DNA of 64,000 nt from an uncultured Gammaproteobacteria bacterium (GCA_943789445.1 CALSUC010000001.1:306168-370167); one strand, 5' to 3'. Positions 31,726 to 42,369 are shown, counted from the stretch's first letter. Notes: generated by a model not told the origin, from the sequence alone. A program made the numbers and translations.

Positions 31726-32730
31726 ATGAATATTGAAGAGTTGAGACAGACCGCAAGTGCAATGGTTGCGCCGGGCAAGGGTATTTTAGCGATGGATGAA
31801 AGTCATCCGACCTGTGGTAAGCGATTCAAGGCGCTAGGTATTCCAGAGACAGCAGAGATGCGTCAGGCGTATCGCGATATGCTGCTCACCGCTCCAGGCC
31901 TATCGGACTACATTGGTGGTGCGATTTTATTTGATGAGACTATCCGCCAGACATTATTAGACGGCACACCTTTCCCTAAATATATGGAAGCTAATGGCAT
32001 AGTGCCAGGCATTAAAGTGGATGCCGGTGCTAAGGTTTTACCGGGCCATGAAGATGAAAAAATTACAGAAGGTTTAGATGGTCTGCGCGATCGTTTGGCT
32101 GAGTACTATGCATTAGGCGCACGTTTTTCAAAATGGCGTGCAGTCATTACTATCGGTGATCACATGCCAACTTGGGCATGTATCGAAGCGAATGCTCATG
32201 CCTTAGCGCGTTATGCTGCACTAAGCCAAGAAGCGAATATTGTGCCTATCGTTGAGCCAGAAGTATTGATGGATGGTAGTCATTCTATTGAACGTTGTTA
32301 CGAAGTAACTGAGTTGGCACAGCGTATTACCTTCCAACAACTACGCAATCAAGGCGTAGCATTAGACGGTATGATCTTGAAGCCTAGCATGGTGATCTCT
32401 GGCGCAAACGCGAGTAATCGTGCCGACGTAGAGACGGTTGCACGTGAGACAGTGCGTTGTTTATTAAACACAGTGCCTGCGTCAGTCGCTGGTATCTCTT
32501 TCTTATCCGGCGGCCAGAGTGATGAAGAGGCCAGTGCACATTTGAATGCGATGCATAACCTAGGTGTCGATCTGCCATGGCCTTTGACCTTCTCTTATGG
32601 TCGTGCGCTACAGCAAGCATCGATGAAGGCTTGGGATGGTAAGGCTGAGAATGTTACAAAAGCACAAGAGATTTTATTAGAGCGTGCGAGTAATAATGGT
32701 AAGGCAGCGATGGGTCAATACAACCCGTAG
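31726..32730 (+). CDS. fba: fructose-bisphosphate aldolase, class I
   Basis: GILAMDESHPTCGKRF N-terminal motif and ~335 aa size of class I (Schiff-base) aldolases. Confidence 0.85.
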   Translation: MNIEELRQTASAMVAPGKGILAMDESHPTCGKRFKALGIPETAEMRQAYRDMLLTAPGLSDYIGGAILFDETIRQTLLDGTPFPKYMEANGIVPGIKVDAGAKVLPGHEDEKITEGLDGLRDRLAEYYALGARFSKWRAVITIGDHMPTWACIEANAHALARYAALSQEANIVPIVEPEVLMDGSHSIERCYEVTELAQRITFQQLRNQGVALDGMILKPSMVISGANASNRADVETVARETVRCLLNTVPASVAGISFLSGGQSDEEASAHLNAMHNLGVDLPWPLTFSYGRALQQASMKAWDGKAENVTKAQEILLERASNNGKAAMGQYNP

Positions 32731-32751
32731 TAAACACTGCTAGCCAGTTAT

Positions 32752-32782
32752 AAAAAAGGCCCGCAATGCGGGCCTTTTTTAT
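32752..32782. terminator. bidirectional rho-independent terminator
   Basis: AAAAAAGGCCCGCAATGCGGGCCTTTTTT: a 7-bp GC stem with an A-run before and a T-run after. Confidence 0.8.
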
Positions 32783-32843
32783 GTCAGAAATATTTAGCAG
32801 CTATAGATTAGCTGCCGTTCTATTTCCATATCTGTTGCTTCAC

Positions 32844-33521
32844 TTAACCATGGACAATCTGTAACAACTTATCCAATGTGTTGTTGGCCTCATTGGTGTT
32901 ATAGGGTAATACAGGTAGCTTTAATCTTGCACTTAAGTCAGCCAGGTTATCCATCGCGACATCTTCTTCATCTGTAGTTGGGATCTGGTTGACGATGACA
33001 GCAAGGCATTCTAAGCCGCATGACTCGATTGCAGCCAAGCTGAGCAGGGCTTGGTTAATACAACCTAAGCGATCACGTACGACCAAGATCACTTGCGCCT
33101 GCATAGCCTCGGCTAAATCTGCATTGAGGCCATCGCTACACAATGGGGAATAAAAACCACCGGCACCCTCAACTAAGAGTAGCTCATCTGATACATCACC
33201 TTGGCAGGCTGTTACTAGTTGCTGCACGCTGACAGTTTCATTCGCCAGTCGTATGGCACGCTCAGGCGAGATGGCAGGTTCATAGCGATAACGGCAGACA
33301 TCATCTAGGTCGCAGTTGTCGGTGCTCGCGTTTTGGTAGGCGCTGACATAATTGCTGGCGTCGGCGGGTAGTAGTGCCGCGCCTTGACGTTGGCAGCCAG
33401 ACTCAACTGGTTTACGCACACTAAGCTTAAGCCCAGCCTGCAATAATTTTTCTGTCAGGCGGGTGCCAATAAAAGTCTTGCCGACGTCAGTGTCGGTTCC
33501 TGTGATAAATATCGTTTTCAT
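32844..33521 (-). CDS. bioD: dethiobiotin synthetase
   Basis: MKTIFITGTDTDVGKT P-loop. Start moved to the internal Met that matches the canonical BioD N-terminus. Confidence 0.85.
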   Translation of the reverse strand: MKTIFITGTDTDVGKTFIGTRLTEKLLQAGLKLSVRKPVESGCQRQGAALLPADASNYVSAYQNASTDNCDLDDVCRYRYEPAISPERAIRLANETVSVQQLVTACQGDVSDELLLVEGAGGFYSPLCSDGLNADLAEAMQAQVILVVRDRLGCINQALLSLAAIESCGLECLAVIVNQIPTTDEEDVAMDNLADLSARLKLPVLPYNTNEANNTLDKLLQIVHG

Positions 33522-33569
33522 AGGGTGACTAGTGTAACGAAGAATCACTTCGTCCTCAGCTAAATTAGT

Positions 33570-34130
33570 TTGATAATCGCAAATAGGCGTATGCTACGCA
33601 GCATGTTATTTAGCCTATGTCAGTCCAGCGTTTCCCGCTGCATGCTTATATTCGTATTGAGTACCGCCTTGAGCCCAATCTGGGCTGCTGGAGGTATGGG
33701 CGATTGGAGCCGGATGTGGGGGCCTGAAATAGAACTGCTTGAAGCCCAATTGCTGTTTAAACAACAAGATTGTGGCTTAACTGACGAACTGTTTCTTGAG
33801 ATTTTAGGGCTTGCGCAGTTAAAGCAGACACTATCTCAACAGCGATTTTTAACACTGAATATCGCAGAGAAGCCTAAGGATAAGCGTTGGTTCTTGATTG
33901 CTAGCGGACAAAAGCCAAATGGTGGCTATGATCTTAGTTTTGAAGGTCTAGATCCTTACATGGAGTATAAGGAATTGTCTTTGGTGTGGAGTGAGCCACA
34001 GCCAGATCACATCTATACACAGGCCATAGTTAGCCCCTGTCTATTGATTGAGTTGTCAGCAGAGGATCGCTTGCCAATCCTTGTGGTTGACCACGAGGGT
34101 AACAAGCGACACCGCTTTAATGCAGAGTAA
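33570..34130 (+). CDS. hypothetical protein, probably secreted or periplasmic
   Basis: N-terminal hydrophobic signal-like segment (MLIFVLSTALSPIWAAG), then a ~140-aa soluble domain; start codon uncertain. Confidence 0.4.
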   Translation: MIIANRRMLRSMLFSLCQSSVSRCMLIFVLSTALSPIWAAGGMGDWSRMWGPEIELLEAQLLFKQQDCGLTDELFLEILGLAQLKQTLSQQRFLTLNIAEKPKDKRWFLIASGQKPNGGYDLSFEGLDPYMEYKELSLVWSEPQPDHIYTQAIVSPCLLIELSAEDRLPILVVDHEGNKRHRFNAE

Positions 34131-34142
34131 ATACTTTACTGA

Positions 34143-36011
34143 TTAGTCACGTGACTTAGGTCGGCTGAATGTTTTCTTTGGACCTTTGCCAGTCGGATTT
34201 CCAGAAAACTTTCCAGAACCGCCAGGCTTACGTTGCGAACTGCGTGGCTTTTTATCACTACGTGGTTTGCGTGGTGCCCCTGTAGATCCTGACTCTTTTC
34301 CAGCCTCACCAGCTTTACCAATATTTAATTGCTGTCCTGCAATCCAGATACCTTTCAATTGAGCAAACACTTCATCAGGCATACCTTCAGGCAAATCAAC
34401 TAAGCTGTGATCATCATAAATCTTGATGTGGCCGATATATTTGCTATCAAGCCCAGCTTCGTTGGCAATGGCGCCAACAATATTACCAGGCTTAACTTCA
34501 TGATCATGCCCAACCTCGATACGAAAACGCTCCATACCGGCTTCTAGTTCACGATCGAATACCCTGCGCTTACTGTCTTCACGACGCCTTTCAGAGCGAG
34601 AACCTTCATCGCGATTAGAGCGTGGCTTGCGTTCTTTACGACCGCGGCCTTCACCTGAATCAGATGAGAAGGGTTTACTCTTCATAGGTTTGTTGCTGAG
34701 TAATAACGGTGTGTCACCCTGTACCATTCTGGCTAGGGCAGCACCGATTTCAACAGCGGGGATGTTGTGTTCTTGTTCAAACTTCTCGATCAAACCGGAA
34801 AAGAAAGTCAGGTCTTCACTGGCCAATGTATCGCTGATACGTTGGTTGAATTTCTCGATACGTTTGTCATTAATGAGATTGGCAGATGGTAATTCCATCA
34901 TCTCAATCTTGCTCTTAGTGGCACGCTCGATGGCACCGAGTAAACGCTTTTCACGTGGTGCTACGAATAGAATGGCTTCACCACTACGACCAGCACGGCC
35001 AGTACGACCGATACGATGAACATAAGACTCAGTATCGTAAGGGATGTCATAGTTAATAACGTGACTAACGCGATCAACATCAAGACCACGTGCGGCGACA
35101 TCGGTTGCAACTAAGATATCGATCTTGCCTGATTTGAATTGCTGAATCGTGCGTTCACGCTGACTCTGTTGTATATCACCATTAATCGGTGTTGCTGCAT
35201 AACCACGTGCCTGTAATTTCTCGGCAAGTTCAGTAGTGGCTGTTTTGGTGCGTACAAACAGGACGATGCCGTCAAAAGTTTCTGCTTCTAAGATACGTGT
35301 GAGTGCATCTAATTTATGCACACCACTGACAGGCCAGTAGCGTTGTCGAATAGTCGAGGCAGTGGTTGTCTTTAGCTCAACCGTGACCTGATGTGGATCG
35401 TTTAAATATTTGGTCGCTATACGTCGAATTTGATTCGGCATAGTGGCTGAGAACAATGCGATTTGGCGATCAGGTGGTGTTTGATCGAGGATCCATTCAA
35501 CGTCATCAATAAAGCCCATACGCAACATTTCATCGGCTTCATCAAGTACTAAAGCGGTTAGGCTGCCAAGGTTTAAGGTGCCACGACGCATATGGTCCAT
35601 GACACGACCTGGCGTACCAACAACAACATGCACACCGCGCTGTAGCCCGCGGATTTGACCACGATAATCTTGGCCACCGTAGATCGGTAGGACGTGAAAA
35701 CCATCTAGTTTAGAGGCGTATTTTTGAAATGCCTCGGCTACTTGAATGGCCAGTTCTCGGGTTGGTGCTAAGACCAATACCTGAGGATCTTTTTGTTTTA
35801 AATCTAGATTCGATAGGATCGGTAATGCAAAGGCAGCGGTTTTACCGGTACCTGTTTGCGCCTGACCTAGCACATCCTTACCTTCTAATAAGAGAGGGAT
35901 GGTGCGTGCTTGAATCGGTGACGGTGTCTCGTAACCGATTGTATCGAGCACGGTTAGGAGTGCTTTCTTAAGATCGAACTGATCAAAAGACGTGATGCTT
36001 TCTTCGGACAT
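34143..36011 (-). CDS. deaD: ATP-dependent DEAD-box RNA helicase DeaD/CsdA
   Basis: Q-motif, Walker A AQTGTGKT, DEAD box, SAT, HRIGRTGRAGR, and a basic RG-rich C-terminal tail. Confidence 0.95.
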   Translation of the reverse strand: MSEESITSFDQFDLKKALLTVLDTIGYETPSPIQARTIPLLLEGKDVLGQAQTGTGKTAAFALPILSNLDLKQKDPQVLVLAPTRELAIQVAEAFQKYASKLDGFHVLPIYGGQDYRGQIRGLQRGVHVVVGTPGRVMDHMRRGTLNLGSLTALVLDEADEMLRMGFIDDVEWILDQTPPDRQIALFSATMPNQIRRIATKYLNDPHQVTVELKTTTASTIRQRYWPVSGVHKLDALTRILEAETFDGIVLFVRTKTATTELAEKLQARGYAATPINGDIQQSQRERTIQQFKSGKIDILVATDVAARGLDVDRVSHVINYDIPYDTESYVHRIGRTGRAGRSGEAILFVAPREKRLLGAIERATKSKIEMMELPSANLINDKRIEKFNQRISDTLASEDLTFFSGLIEKFEQEHNIPAVEIGAALARMVQGDTPLLLSNKPMKSKPFSSDSGEGRGRKERKPRSNRDEGSRSERRREDSKRRVFDRELEAGMERFRIEVGHDHEVKPGNIVGAIANEAGLDSKYIGHIKIYDDHSLVDLPEGMPDEVFAQLKGIWIAGQQLNIGKAGEAGKESGSTGAPRKPRSDKKPRSSQRKPGGSGKFSGNPTGKGPKKTFSRPKSRD

Positions 36012-36060
36012 TGGGTGCCTTAATCTATGTGTTAGGGCCTAAGCCCGCTAAGAAGAGCGA

Positions 36061-36948
36061 TTAGTAAGCTAAAAGCCGTGCGGCTGCTTCTTCGTATTTC
36101 GCTTGAGTGTTTTCGACGATTTCTTGTGGTAGCTCTGGTCCCGGGGCTGTCTTGTTCCAGTCCAAGGTCTCTAGGTAGTCACGGATATATTGCTTATCAA
36201 AGCTACTGGGATTCTGTCCTGGCTGATAACCAACAGCTGGCCAGAAACGTGATGAGTCAGGAGTCAGCACTTCGTCGATCAAAGTGAGTTGTCCATCCTT
36301 ATCTATTCCAAATTCAAACTTAGTATCAGCAATGATGATGCCTTTTTCTAAAGCATAATCAGCCGCTGTTTGATAAAGCGTAATACTAATATCACGTACC
36401 TGAGTCGCTAGATCTTCACCGAGTAGCTTAACCGTCTCTGCAAAAGAGATATTTTCGTCGTGCTCACCCACTGCTGCCTTAGTAGAAGGCGTAAATAGAG
36501 TGTTAGGTAATTTTCCAGCTAGCGGAATGTCCGCTGGCAATGAAATACCACAAACTGAGTGGCTAGTTTCATATTCTTTCCAGCCTGAACCAATGAGGTA
36601 ACCGCGAACGATAGCTTCAATGGGTAAGGCCTTTAGACGTTTAACAATCATGCTGCGACCTGCAGCCTGTTCGTATTCATCTGTTGTTAGGTTGAGGTCA
36701 TCCAAGCTCATATCGCTAAGCTGGTTAGGAACCTGCTTGGCAAAAAATTGGAACCAAAACGCTGATACTTCAGTCAGTAGAGCGCCTTTTTGTGGGATTG
36801 GCGTCGGCATAATGACGTCAAAAGCCGAAATGCGATCGGTCGCGATCACCAACATATGCTCATCATCGACACGATAGATATCACGCACCTTGCCTCGGTG
36901 TAGGATTTCTAAGCTGTCAAAGTTGGTATGATGGATGCTGCGAGTCAT
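36061..36948 (-). CDS. purC: phosphoribosylaminoimidazole-succinocarboxamide synthase
   Basis: Long-form SAICAR synthetase (295 aa) with conserved GKVRDIY and ADTKFEFG motifs. Confidence 0.92.
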   Translation of the reverse strand: MTRSIHHTNFDSLEILHRGKVRDIYRVDDEHMLVIATDRISAFDVIMPTPIPQKGALLTEVSAFWFQFFAKQVPNQLSDMSLDDLNLTTDEYEQAAGRSMIVKRLKALPIEAIVRGYLIGSGWKEYETSHSVCGISLPADIPLAGKLPNTLFTPSTKAAVGEHDENISFAETVKLLGEDLATQVRDISITLYQTAADYALEKGIIIADTKFEFGIDKDGQLTLIDEVLTPDSSRFWPAVGYQPGQNPSSFDKQYIRDYLETLDWNKTAPGPELPQEIVENTQAKYEEAAARLLAY

Positions 36949-37084
36949 TCGGTATCCCGGTCAATAAGGGCGGCAATTGTAGTGCCATTGGCTTCAAATG
37001 GATATAGAACACAGGATATAGTACTGGCCTTATGACGCAAAAAGTTGGAAAATGCGCGTTTTTTATCGGTAAGAGTGCATAAAT

Positions 37085-37570
37085 ATGGCCAAAATTGGCA
37101 TTATCATGGGCAGTGACAGTGACTGGCGCATCATGCAGGCGGCTGATCATATGCTAAATGAGTTCGATCTGGACCATGAATGTAAGGTGGTTTCAGCACA
37201 TCGTACCCCTGAACTTTTATTTGAATACGCATCTACTGCGCACGAGCGCGGACTGCAGTGCATTATTGCGGGAGCCGGCGGTGCAGCGCATCTACCTGGT
37301 ATGACGGCGGCAATGACTGATGTTCCGGTATTAGGTGTACCCGTGCCAGGAAAGCATCTTGAAGGCCAAGATTCACTCTTATCTATTGTACAAATGCCCA
37401 AGGGCATTCCAGTCGCGACCTTTGCCATTGGTGAGGCTGGCGCTGCCAATGCTGCGCTATTCGCTATCGCGATGATCGCAAATACAGATGCGGCCTTAGC
37501 AGAAAAATTAGCCACTTTTCGCGCAAAACAGCGTGATCAGGTCTTGGCCAAAGTACTACCACCCGCATAA
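37085..37570 (+). CDS. purE: 5-(carboxyamino)imidazole ribonucleotide mutase
   Basis: [11 protein letters not shown] and AGGAAHLPG motifs. Confidence 0.95.
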   Translation: MAKIGIIMGSDSDWRIMQAADHMLNEFDLDHECKVVSAHRTPELLFEYASTAHERGLQCIIAGAGGAAHLPGMTAAMTDVPVLGVPVPGKHLEGQDSLLSIVQMPKGIPVATFAIGEAGAANAALFAIAMIANTDAALAEKLATFRAKQRDQVLAKVLPPA

Positions 37571-37638
37571 GATGAAATCAGCGTTTGTTTTAAAACGTCA
37601 CTGATTCACCACACAATTAGTAGAGTCAAAACAATACG

Positions 37639-38793
37639 ATGTCATTAGACGTAACATTTCCCTTACAACCGGGTGCCGTACTTGGCATGTTGGGCGGTGG
37701 TCAATTAGGCCGCATGTTTGCCTTGGCCGCAGCCGAAATGGGTTATCAAGTTTGGGTTTACGATCCGAATGAAGTAAGTCCTGCAGGCGAAGTGGCCTAT
37801 CGCCATATTCAAGCCGCCTATGATGATAAAACTGCCTTGGCTGAATTTGGTCAAGCCTGTGCCGTAGTGACTACTGAGTTTGAAAACATTCCAGCTGATA
37901 CGCTGCGTTACCTACAAAGCTATTGCCAAGTCTGTCCGAATCCAAATGCCGTGCACATTGCACAGAATCGGATTCGAGAGAAAACCTTTGTTAATGACCT
38001 CGGTATCCCGACCTCTGCGTTTAAAGCGATTAACAGTCTGCAGGACATAGACGCTGCAACTGATCTCAATTTCCCCTGTATCTTGAAGACGGCAGAGTTT
38101 GGCTATGACGGCAAAGGTCAGGCGGTAGTCGAGGATCTTGCAGCGGCATCGAATGCATTTGCTGAAATGGGTGAAGTGCCTTGCATCCTAGAAGAAAAGA
38201 TCCAGCTCGAGAGTGAAATCTCAGTCGTGCTGGGGCGTAATCAACAGGGTGAGATTAGCTTCTTCCCAGTGGCTCGTAACGTACACAAAGATGGCATTTT
38301 ACATATCAGTAGTGTGCCGGCTGAAGTGAGTGATGAGTTGCAAACCTATGCCTGTGAATTGGCGCAGCGGATTGCTGAAAACCTCGACTATGTTGGCATT
38401 ATGGCGGTGGAGTATTTCATCGATCCAGAACAACGCTTACTGGTGAATGAGATTGCACCACGGGTACATAACAGTGGCCACTATTCACAAGATGCGTGTT
38501 CTATCTCGCAATTTGAACAGCAGGTGAGAGTGCTCTGTGGCTGGGTGCCAGCTGATACACGCTATCACACGCCAGTGGCCATGGTGAATATCCTTGGCGA
38601 TGCCTGGCATCAGGGTGAGCTAGCAGCCGAGTCTTTATACAATAACGTTAATATCAAGGTGCACATCTACGGTAAAGCCGGTGCTAAGCCGGGTCGTAAA
38701 ATGGGTCACTTTAATGTCTTGGCCGAATCGGTAGCCGATGCGATCAAGTTGGGTGAAGCAGCCTATCAACAGATGATGAATCCTCCGGCCTAA
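37639..38793 (+). CDS. purK: N5-carboxyaminoimidazole ribonucleotide synthase
   Basis: ATP-grasp fold with a PurK N-terminus (LGMLGGGQLGRM). Confidence 0.92.
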   Translation: MSLDVTFPLQPGAVLGMLGGGQLGRMFALAAAEMGYQVWVYDPNEVSPAGEVAYRHIQAAYDDKTALAEFGQACAVVTTEFENIPADTLRYLQSYCQVCPNPNAVHIAQNRIREKTFVNDLGIPTSAFKAINSLQDIDAATDLNFPCILKTAEFGYDGKGQAVVEDLAAASNAFAEMGEVPCILEEKIQLESEISVVLGRNQQGEISFFPVARNVHKDGILHISSVPAEVSDELQTYACELAQRIAENLDYVGIMAVEYFIDPEQRLLVNEIAPRVHNSGHYSQDACSISQFEQQVRVLCGWVPADTRYHTPVAMVNILGDAWHQGELAAESLYNNVNIKVHIYGKAGAKPGRKMGHFNVLAESVADAIKLGEAAYQQMMNPPA

Positions 38794-39800
38794 TGAGCCA
38801 GTCCATCCCAGAATTTTTCCCTGCTTTTCGCATTCATGCTGCCGACGGTTTCCAAGGTGCTGCGGTAGAACAGGTTTCCTTAGACCAGCTAAGCCCTGGT
38901 GAAGTGGTGCTTGAGGTGGAATATTCCAGTGTTAATTTCAAGGATGCCCTGGCCGGTAGCGGCAGGGGTAAGATCCTGCGTCTGCCTGAATTAAATGGTG
39001 GCATTGATTTGGCTGGCACGGTGGTCGCTTCTGAACATGCTGATTTTACGCCGGGACAAAAAGTACTGGCTAACGGTAGCGGACTCAGTGAAGTGCATGA
39101 TGGTGGTTACAGCCACTACGCACGCATACCCGCTGAATGGTTAGTGCCGATGCCACCGGGTTTGGATACGCGCAGCGCGATGATCTTGGGGACCGCTGGG
39201 TTTACCGCGGCCTTGGCAGTGCAGCGACTACTGGATAATCATCAGCAGGTAGAGCAGGGCCCTATTGTAATCACCGGTGCCAGTGGAGGTGTCGGTAGTT
39301 TTGCAGTGCAGCTATTAACACAACTTGGCTTTGACGTAATCGCCATGACTAGAAAGCAAGAACACCATGCTTATTTGCGTTCCTTAGGTGCGCAGGATGT
39401 CAGGCATACCGATGAACTGAATAATAATGCTAGCCCGATGTTAAAAGGACAATGGGGTGGGGCGATTGATAATTTAGGCGGTGATGTACTTGCTAGCTTG
39501 AGTAAATCAGTCAAGCCATGGGGCAATATTGTGAGTGTTGGTATGGCTGCTGGTGTTGAATTGAATACCAGTACCATGCCTTTCATCTTGCGTGGTGTGT
39601 CTATTCTAGGGGTGACTTCTGCCGCCTGCCCACAGGCCCTGCGAAAAAATATTTGGCAACGTTTAGGCAGTGATTGGCTGCCGCAAAAACTAGAGGCAGT
39701 CTGTGCTGTAGAGATCGGTTTGCAGGAATTACCACAGGCGTTTGATGCCTTGCTCAAGGGTCAAGTGCAGGGTCGCCAGCTGGTTCGCGTTAAGTCTTAA
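38793..39800 (+). CDS. YhdH/YhfP-family (AcuI-like) MDR quinone oxidoreductase
   Basis: Medium-chain dehydrogenase fold with an ITGASGGVGS NADPH motif. Start overlaps the purK stop by 1 nt. Confidence 0.8.
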   Translation: MSQSIPEFFPAFRIHAADGFQGAAVEQVSLDQLSPGEVVLEVEYSSVNFKDALAGSGRGKILRLPELNGGIDLAGTVVASEHADFTPGQKVLANGSGLSEVHDGGYSHYARIPAEWLVPMPPGLDTRSAMILGTAGFTAALAVQRLLDNHQQVEQGPIVITGASGGVGSFAVQLLTQLGFDVIAMTRKQEHHAYLRSLGAQDVRHTDELNNNASPMLKGQWGGAIDNLGGDVLASLSKSVKPWGNIVSVGMAAGVELNTSTMPFILRGVSILGVTSAACPQALRKNIWQRLGSDWLPQKLEAVCAVEIGLQELPQAFDALLKGQVQGRQLVRVKS

Positions 39801-41029
39801 CTGGCAAAGAATACGTAAGATAAAAAGACCGCCGCTGTGATACCGGCAACATCTGCCAATAAAGCACAGGCAATGGCGTAACGAATTTTTGTAATCCCCA
39901 CCGCGCCACAATAGACCGCCAACACATAAAAAGTAGTCTCTGTAGAGCCTTGCATGACGGCAGCTACCTTCGCTGGAAAAGACTCCACTCCCTCTGTTTG
40001 CATCACATCTAACATGGCAGCACGTGCACCACTTCCACTAAAGGGTTTCATTAGCGCGGTAGGCAGTGCATCAATAAATGCAGTGTCGATATGCAGTAAG
40101 CTAAAGCAATAACTCAATCCAGAAATAAGCCCGGCGAGTAAACCACTGACACGTAGCATGGCAATAGCCAATAACATGGCGATTAAATAAGGGATTAATT
40201 CAATCGCTGTTTGAAAACCCTGTTTGGCTCCACTAACAAAGGCCGCATAGACATCGATCTTTTGGCGTAAGCCAGCAATCAGGAACAGCGCAATCACTGC
40301 AAATAAAGTGAAGTTGGCAAACAGCTGTGCCTGTTGACTCATCTGGTCGGCAGGCAGATTCATAAAATAGATGGCAAGGCCGATTGGAATCGCACTTAGG
40401 CCGCCAAGATATAAAAGTACCGTGCGGTTGAATAGATCTAATTTTTGCACATAGGCAACACTGAATAAGCCCACTAAAGTCGATGTGAAAGTGGCGAGCA
40501 GAATAGGGATGAATACTTCAGTTGGGTAGAGTGCGCCTTGTTGTGCACGAAATAAAAACACGCTGATGGGTAAGACAGTTACTGAAGATGTATTGAGTAC
40601 AAGAAAAAGAATCTGCGCATTGGATAGGGTATCTGGCGTCGTATTGTTTTTCTGTAACTGCTGCATGGCCTTAATGCCTAATGGGGTTGCAGCATTATCT
40701 AGGCCTAGGGCGTTAGCCCCTAAATTCATGGTGATTGCACCCATGGCCGGATCACGTTTCGAGAGTTCAGGCATTAACTTTCGAAACAAAGGATCTAAGG
40801 CAATAGCGACACGCTCAATCAATCCAGCTTGTTCGGCAATCTTGAAGAAGCCCAGCCAAACCGCCATTAAACCGATGAGGCCAATAGCAATCTCGACACT
40901 TAAACCTGCGGTGTTAAATAAAGCACGAATCGCCTGATCAAAGATCAGTGTGTTACCAAAAAATAGTAATTGGATCAGGCAAGCCAGAAATGAAATAAGG
41001 ATGCAGCCAGCCCAAAACCAATTAAGCAT
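39797..41029 (-). CDS. nucleoside-recognition (Gate) domain membrane protein (fused SpmA/SpmB-like)
   Basis: 410 aa, ~10-12 TM helices, tandem nucleoside-recognition-like halves. Confidence 0.5.
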   Translation of the reverse strand: MLNWFWAGCILISFLACLIQLLFFGNTLIFDQAIRALFNTAGLSVEIAIGLIGLMAVWLGFFKIAEQAGLIERVAIALDPLFRKLMPELSKRDPAMGAITMNLGANALGLDNAATPLGIKAMQQLQKNNTTPDTLSNAQILFLVLNTSSVTVLPISVFLFRAQQGALYPTEVFIPILLATFTSTLVGLFSVAYVQKLDLFNRTVLLYLGGLSAIPIGLAIYFMNLPADQMSQQAQLFANFTLFAVIALFLIAGLRQKIDVYAAFVSGAKQGFQTAIELIPYLIAMLLAIAMLRVSGLLAGLISGLSYCFSLLHIDTAFIDALPTALMKPFSGSGARAAMLDVMQTEGVESFPAKVAAVMQGSTETTFYVLAVYCGAVGITKIRYAIACALLADVAGITAAVFLSYVFFAS

Positions 41030-41032
41030 GTG

Positions 41033-41359
41033 CTATCGGCCAATCGCCAAGTAGAACGGAAGCCACATGACAATCATGAATGCGACAGCCGCTAGTTCTG
41101 TCCAGAGGATGATGCGAAAGCGCGTACTCTCTTCACCACTGCTATCGCTGGCACGTATTTTTGACATCAAGGCATCAAATAAAATAACCATGATGAATAA
41201 TGGTGCGGCAGCCGGTGCGACCAAGGTCTGTACCATCTCCCAACCAGAGTAAGAAATGTAAGATCCCGGTTCAGGACGGATTAACACATTAAAGATGCCA
41301 AGGACGATCAAGCCCCCACGGAGTAAGCCTAGTGACTTTAGATAGTTCATAGAGGACAA
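41033..41359 (-). CDS. small membrane protein, function unknown
   Basis: 108 aa, three hydrophobic helices, 3 nt downstream of the preceding gene. Confidence 0.45.
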   Translation of the reverse strand: MSSMNYLKSLGLLRGGLIVLGIFNVLIRPEPGSYISYSGWEMVQTLVAPAAAPLFIMVILFDALMSKIRASDSSGEESTRFRIILWTELAAVAFMIVMWLPFYLAIGR

Positions 41360-41541
41360 CGTAGAAAATAAAAACCTAGTGTAACAAAAATGTTGCTAGG
41401 TAGGTGTTGCATAAAGCACTGGCTAGTTTGATCCTTGTAAAGGTGGCGATGGGGTGTTGGTATGCGCTAATGCAACAAGACTATACTGAACTCTGCTGTC
41501 TGCTAGGATGAATAAAATATTTAGTTATAAGGGATCTAGAA

Positions 41542-41967
41542 ATGAAGAAATTGATAGTTAGTTTATGTGTTTTGTTTATGCCGTTCTCCACCTTGTCTGC
41601 CGATGGCCATGTCTCTATGGCGCCGAAAGATGCCGAGGTCTATTTCATTCAGCCTGTTGATGGTCAGACCCTATCTTCACCGTTTAGTGTGAGCTTTGGT
41701 CTTAAAGGGATGGGCGTTGCACCCGCGGGCGTTAAAAAACAGAATACTGGACACCATCATCTATTGATCGATTTAGAGCAATTGCCAGACCTATCAAAAC
41801 CACTGCCTGCAAGCGAGCATGTGAAACATTTTGGCGGTGGGCAGACCGAAGTAACGCTAGATCTACCTAAGGGTGAGCATCGCTTACAACTATTGCTGGG
41901 TGATCACCATCATATGCCGCATCAGCCGCCAGTCATGTCTGAAACAATCACGGTTACAGTCGAGTAG
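41542..41967 (+). CDS. DUF4399-like secreted protein
   Basis: Signal peptide MKKLIVSLCVLFMPFSTLSA, then a domain with GHHHLLID and a C-terminal His cluster. Confidence 0.5.
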   Translation: MKKLIVSLCVLFMPFSTLSADGHVSMAPKDAEVYFIQPVDGQTLSSPFSVSFGLKGMGVAPAGVKKQNTGHHHLLIDLEQLPDLSKPLPASEHVKHFGGGQTEVTLDLPKGEHRLQLLLGDHHHMPHQPPVMSETITVTVE

Positions 41968-42036
41968 CGCGTCAAATAATGCTAAAAATGCCGGTTTGTG
42001 TGGCCTTGTTTAGCGTCGCAGGTGTTTGAGGTTTTG

Positions 42037-42369
42037 CTAATTGATTAGCCTGATGAGGCTGATCAGTGCAAGACTGCCTGCGTTGCTAAGCAAGGCAACT
42101 AAAAGACTTCGGCTCCAGCCACATGAAGAGAAAAGATTGATCAGGTAGCCGCACAATACAATGGCGAATAAGTAATTGACTACCGGGATAGCAAGATAAA
42201 AGCCGGCGAGTTGGGAGACGAATACGGTCCCTACTAAGCGTGATAGCCGCACGTTGATTGGTGAACTATTTCTTGCTCGACGATTGTTAGCCAAGCTGAT
42301 GAGGATCCATAGGAAAAGGCCGTTGGAGATTAGATTTATCGCGAACTCGTTTAAGCTGATAAGTAACAT
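42037..42369 (-). CDS. small membrane protein, function unknown
   Basis: 110 aa, three or four TM helices. Confidence 0.4.
   Translation of the reverse strand: MLLISLNEFAINLISNGLFLWILISLANNRRARNSSPINVRLSRLVGTVFVSQLAGFYLAIPVVNYLFAIVLCGYLINLFSSCGWSRSLLVALLSNAGSLALISLIRLIN

Noticed and set aside
37034-37058. PurR-box-like sequence ACGCAAAAAGTTGGAAAATGCGCGT in the purC/purE divergent intergenic region
   Set aside because: It has only partial dyad symmetry (ACGC...GCGT) and the wrong spacing for the 16-bp enterobacterial PurR operator. Pseudomonas-like genomes generally lack PurR. Noted only as a possible operator.
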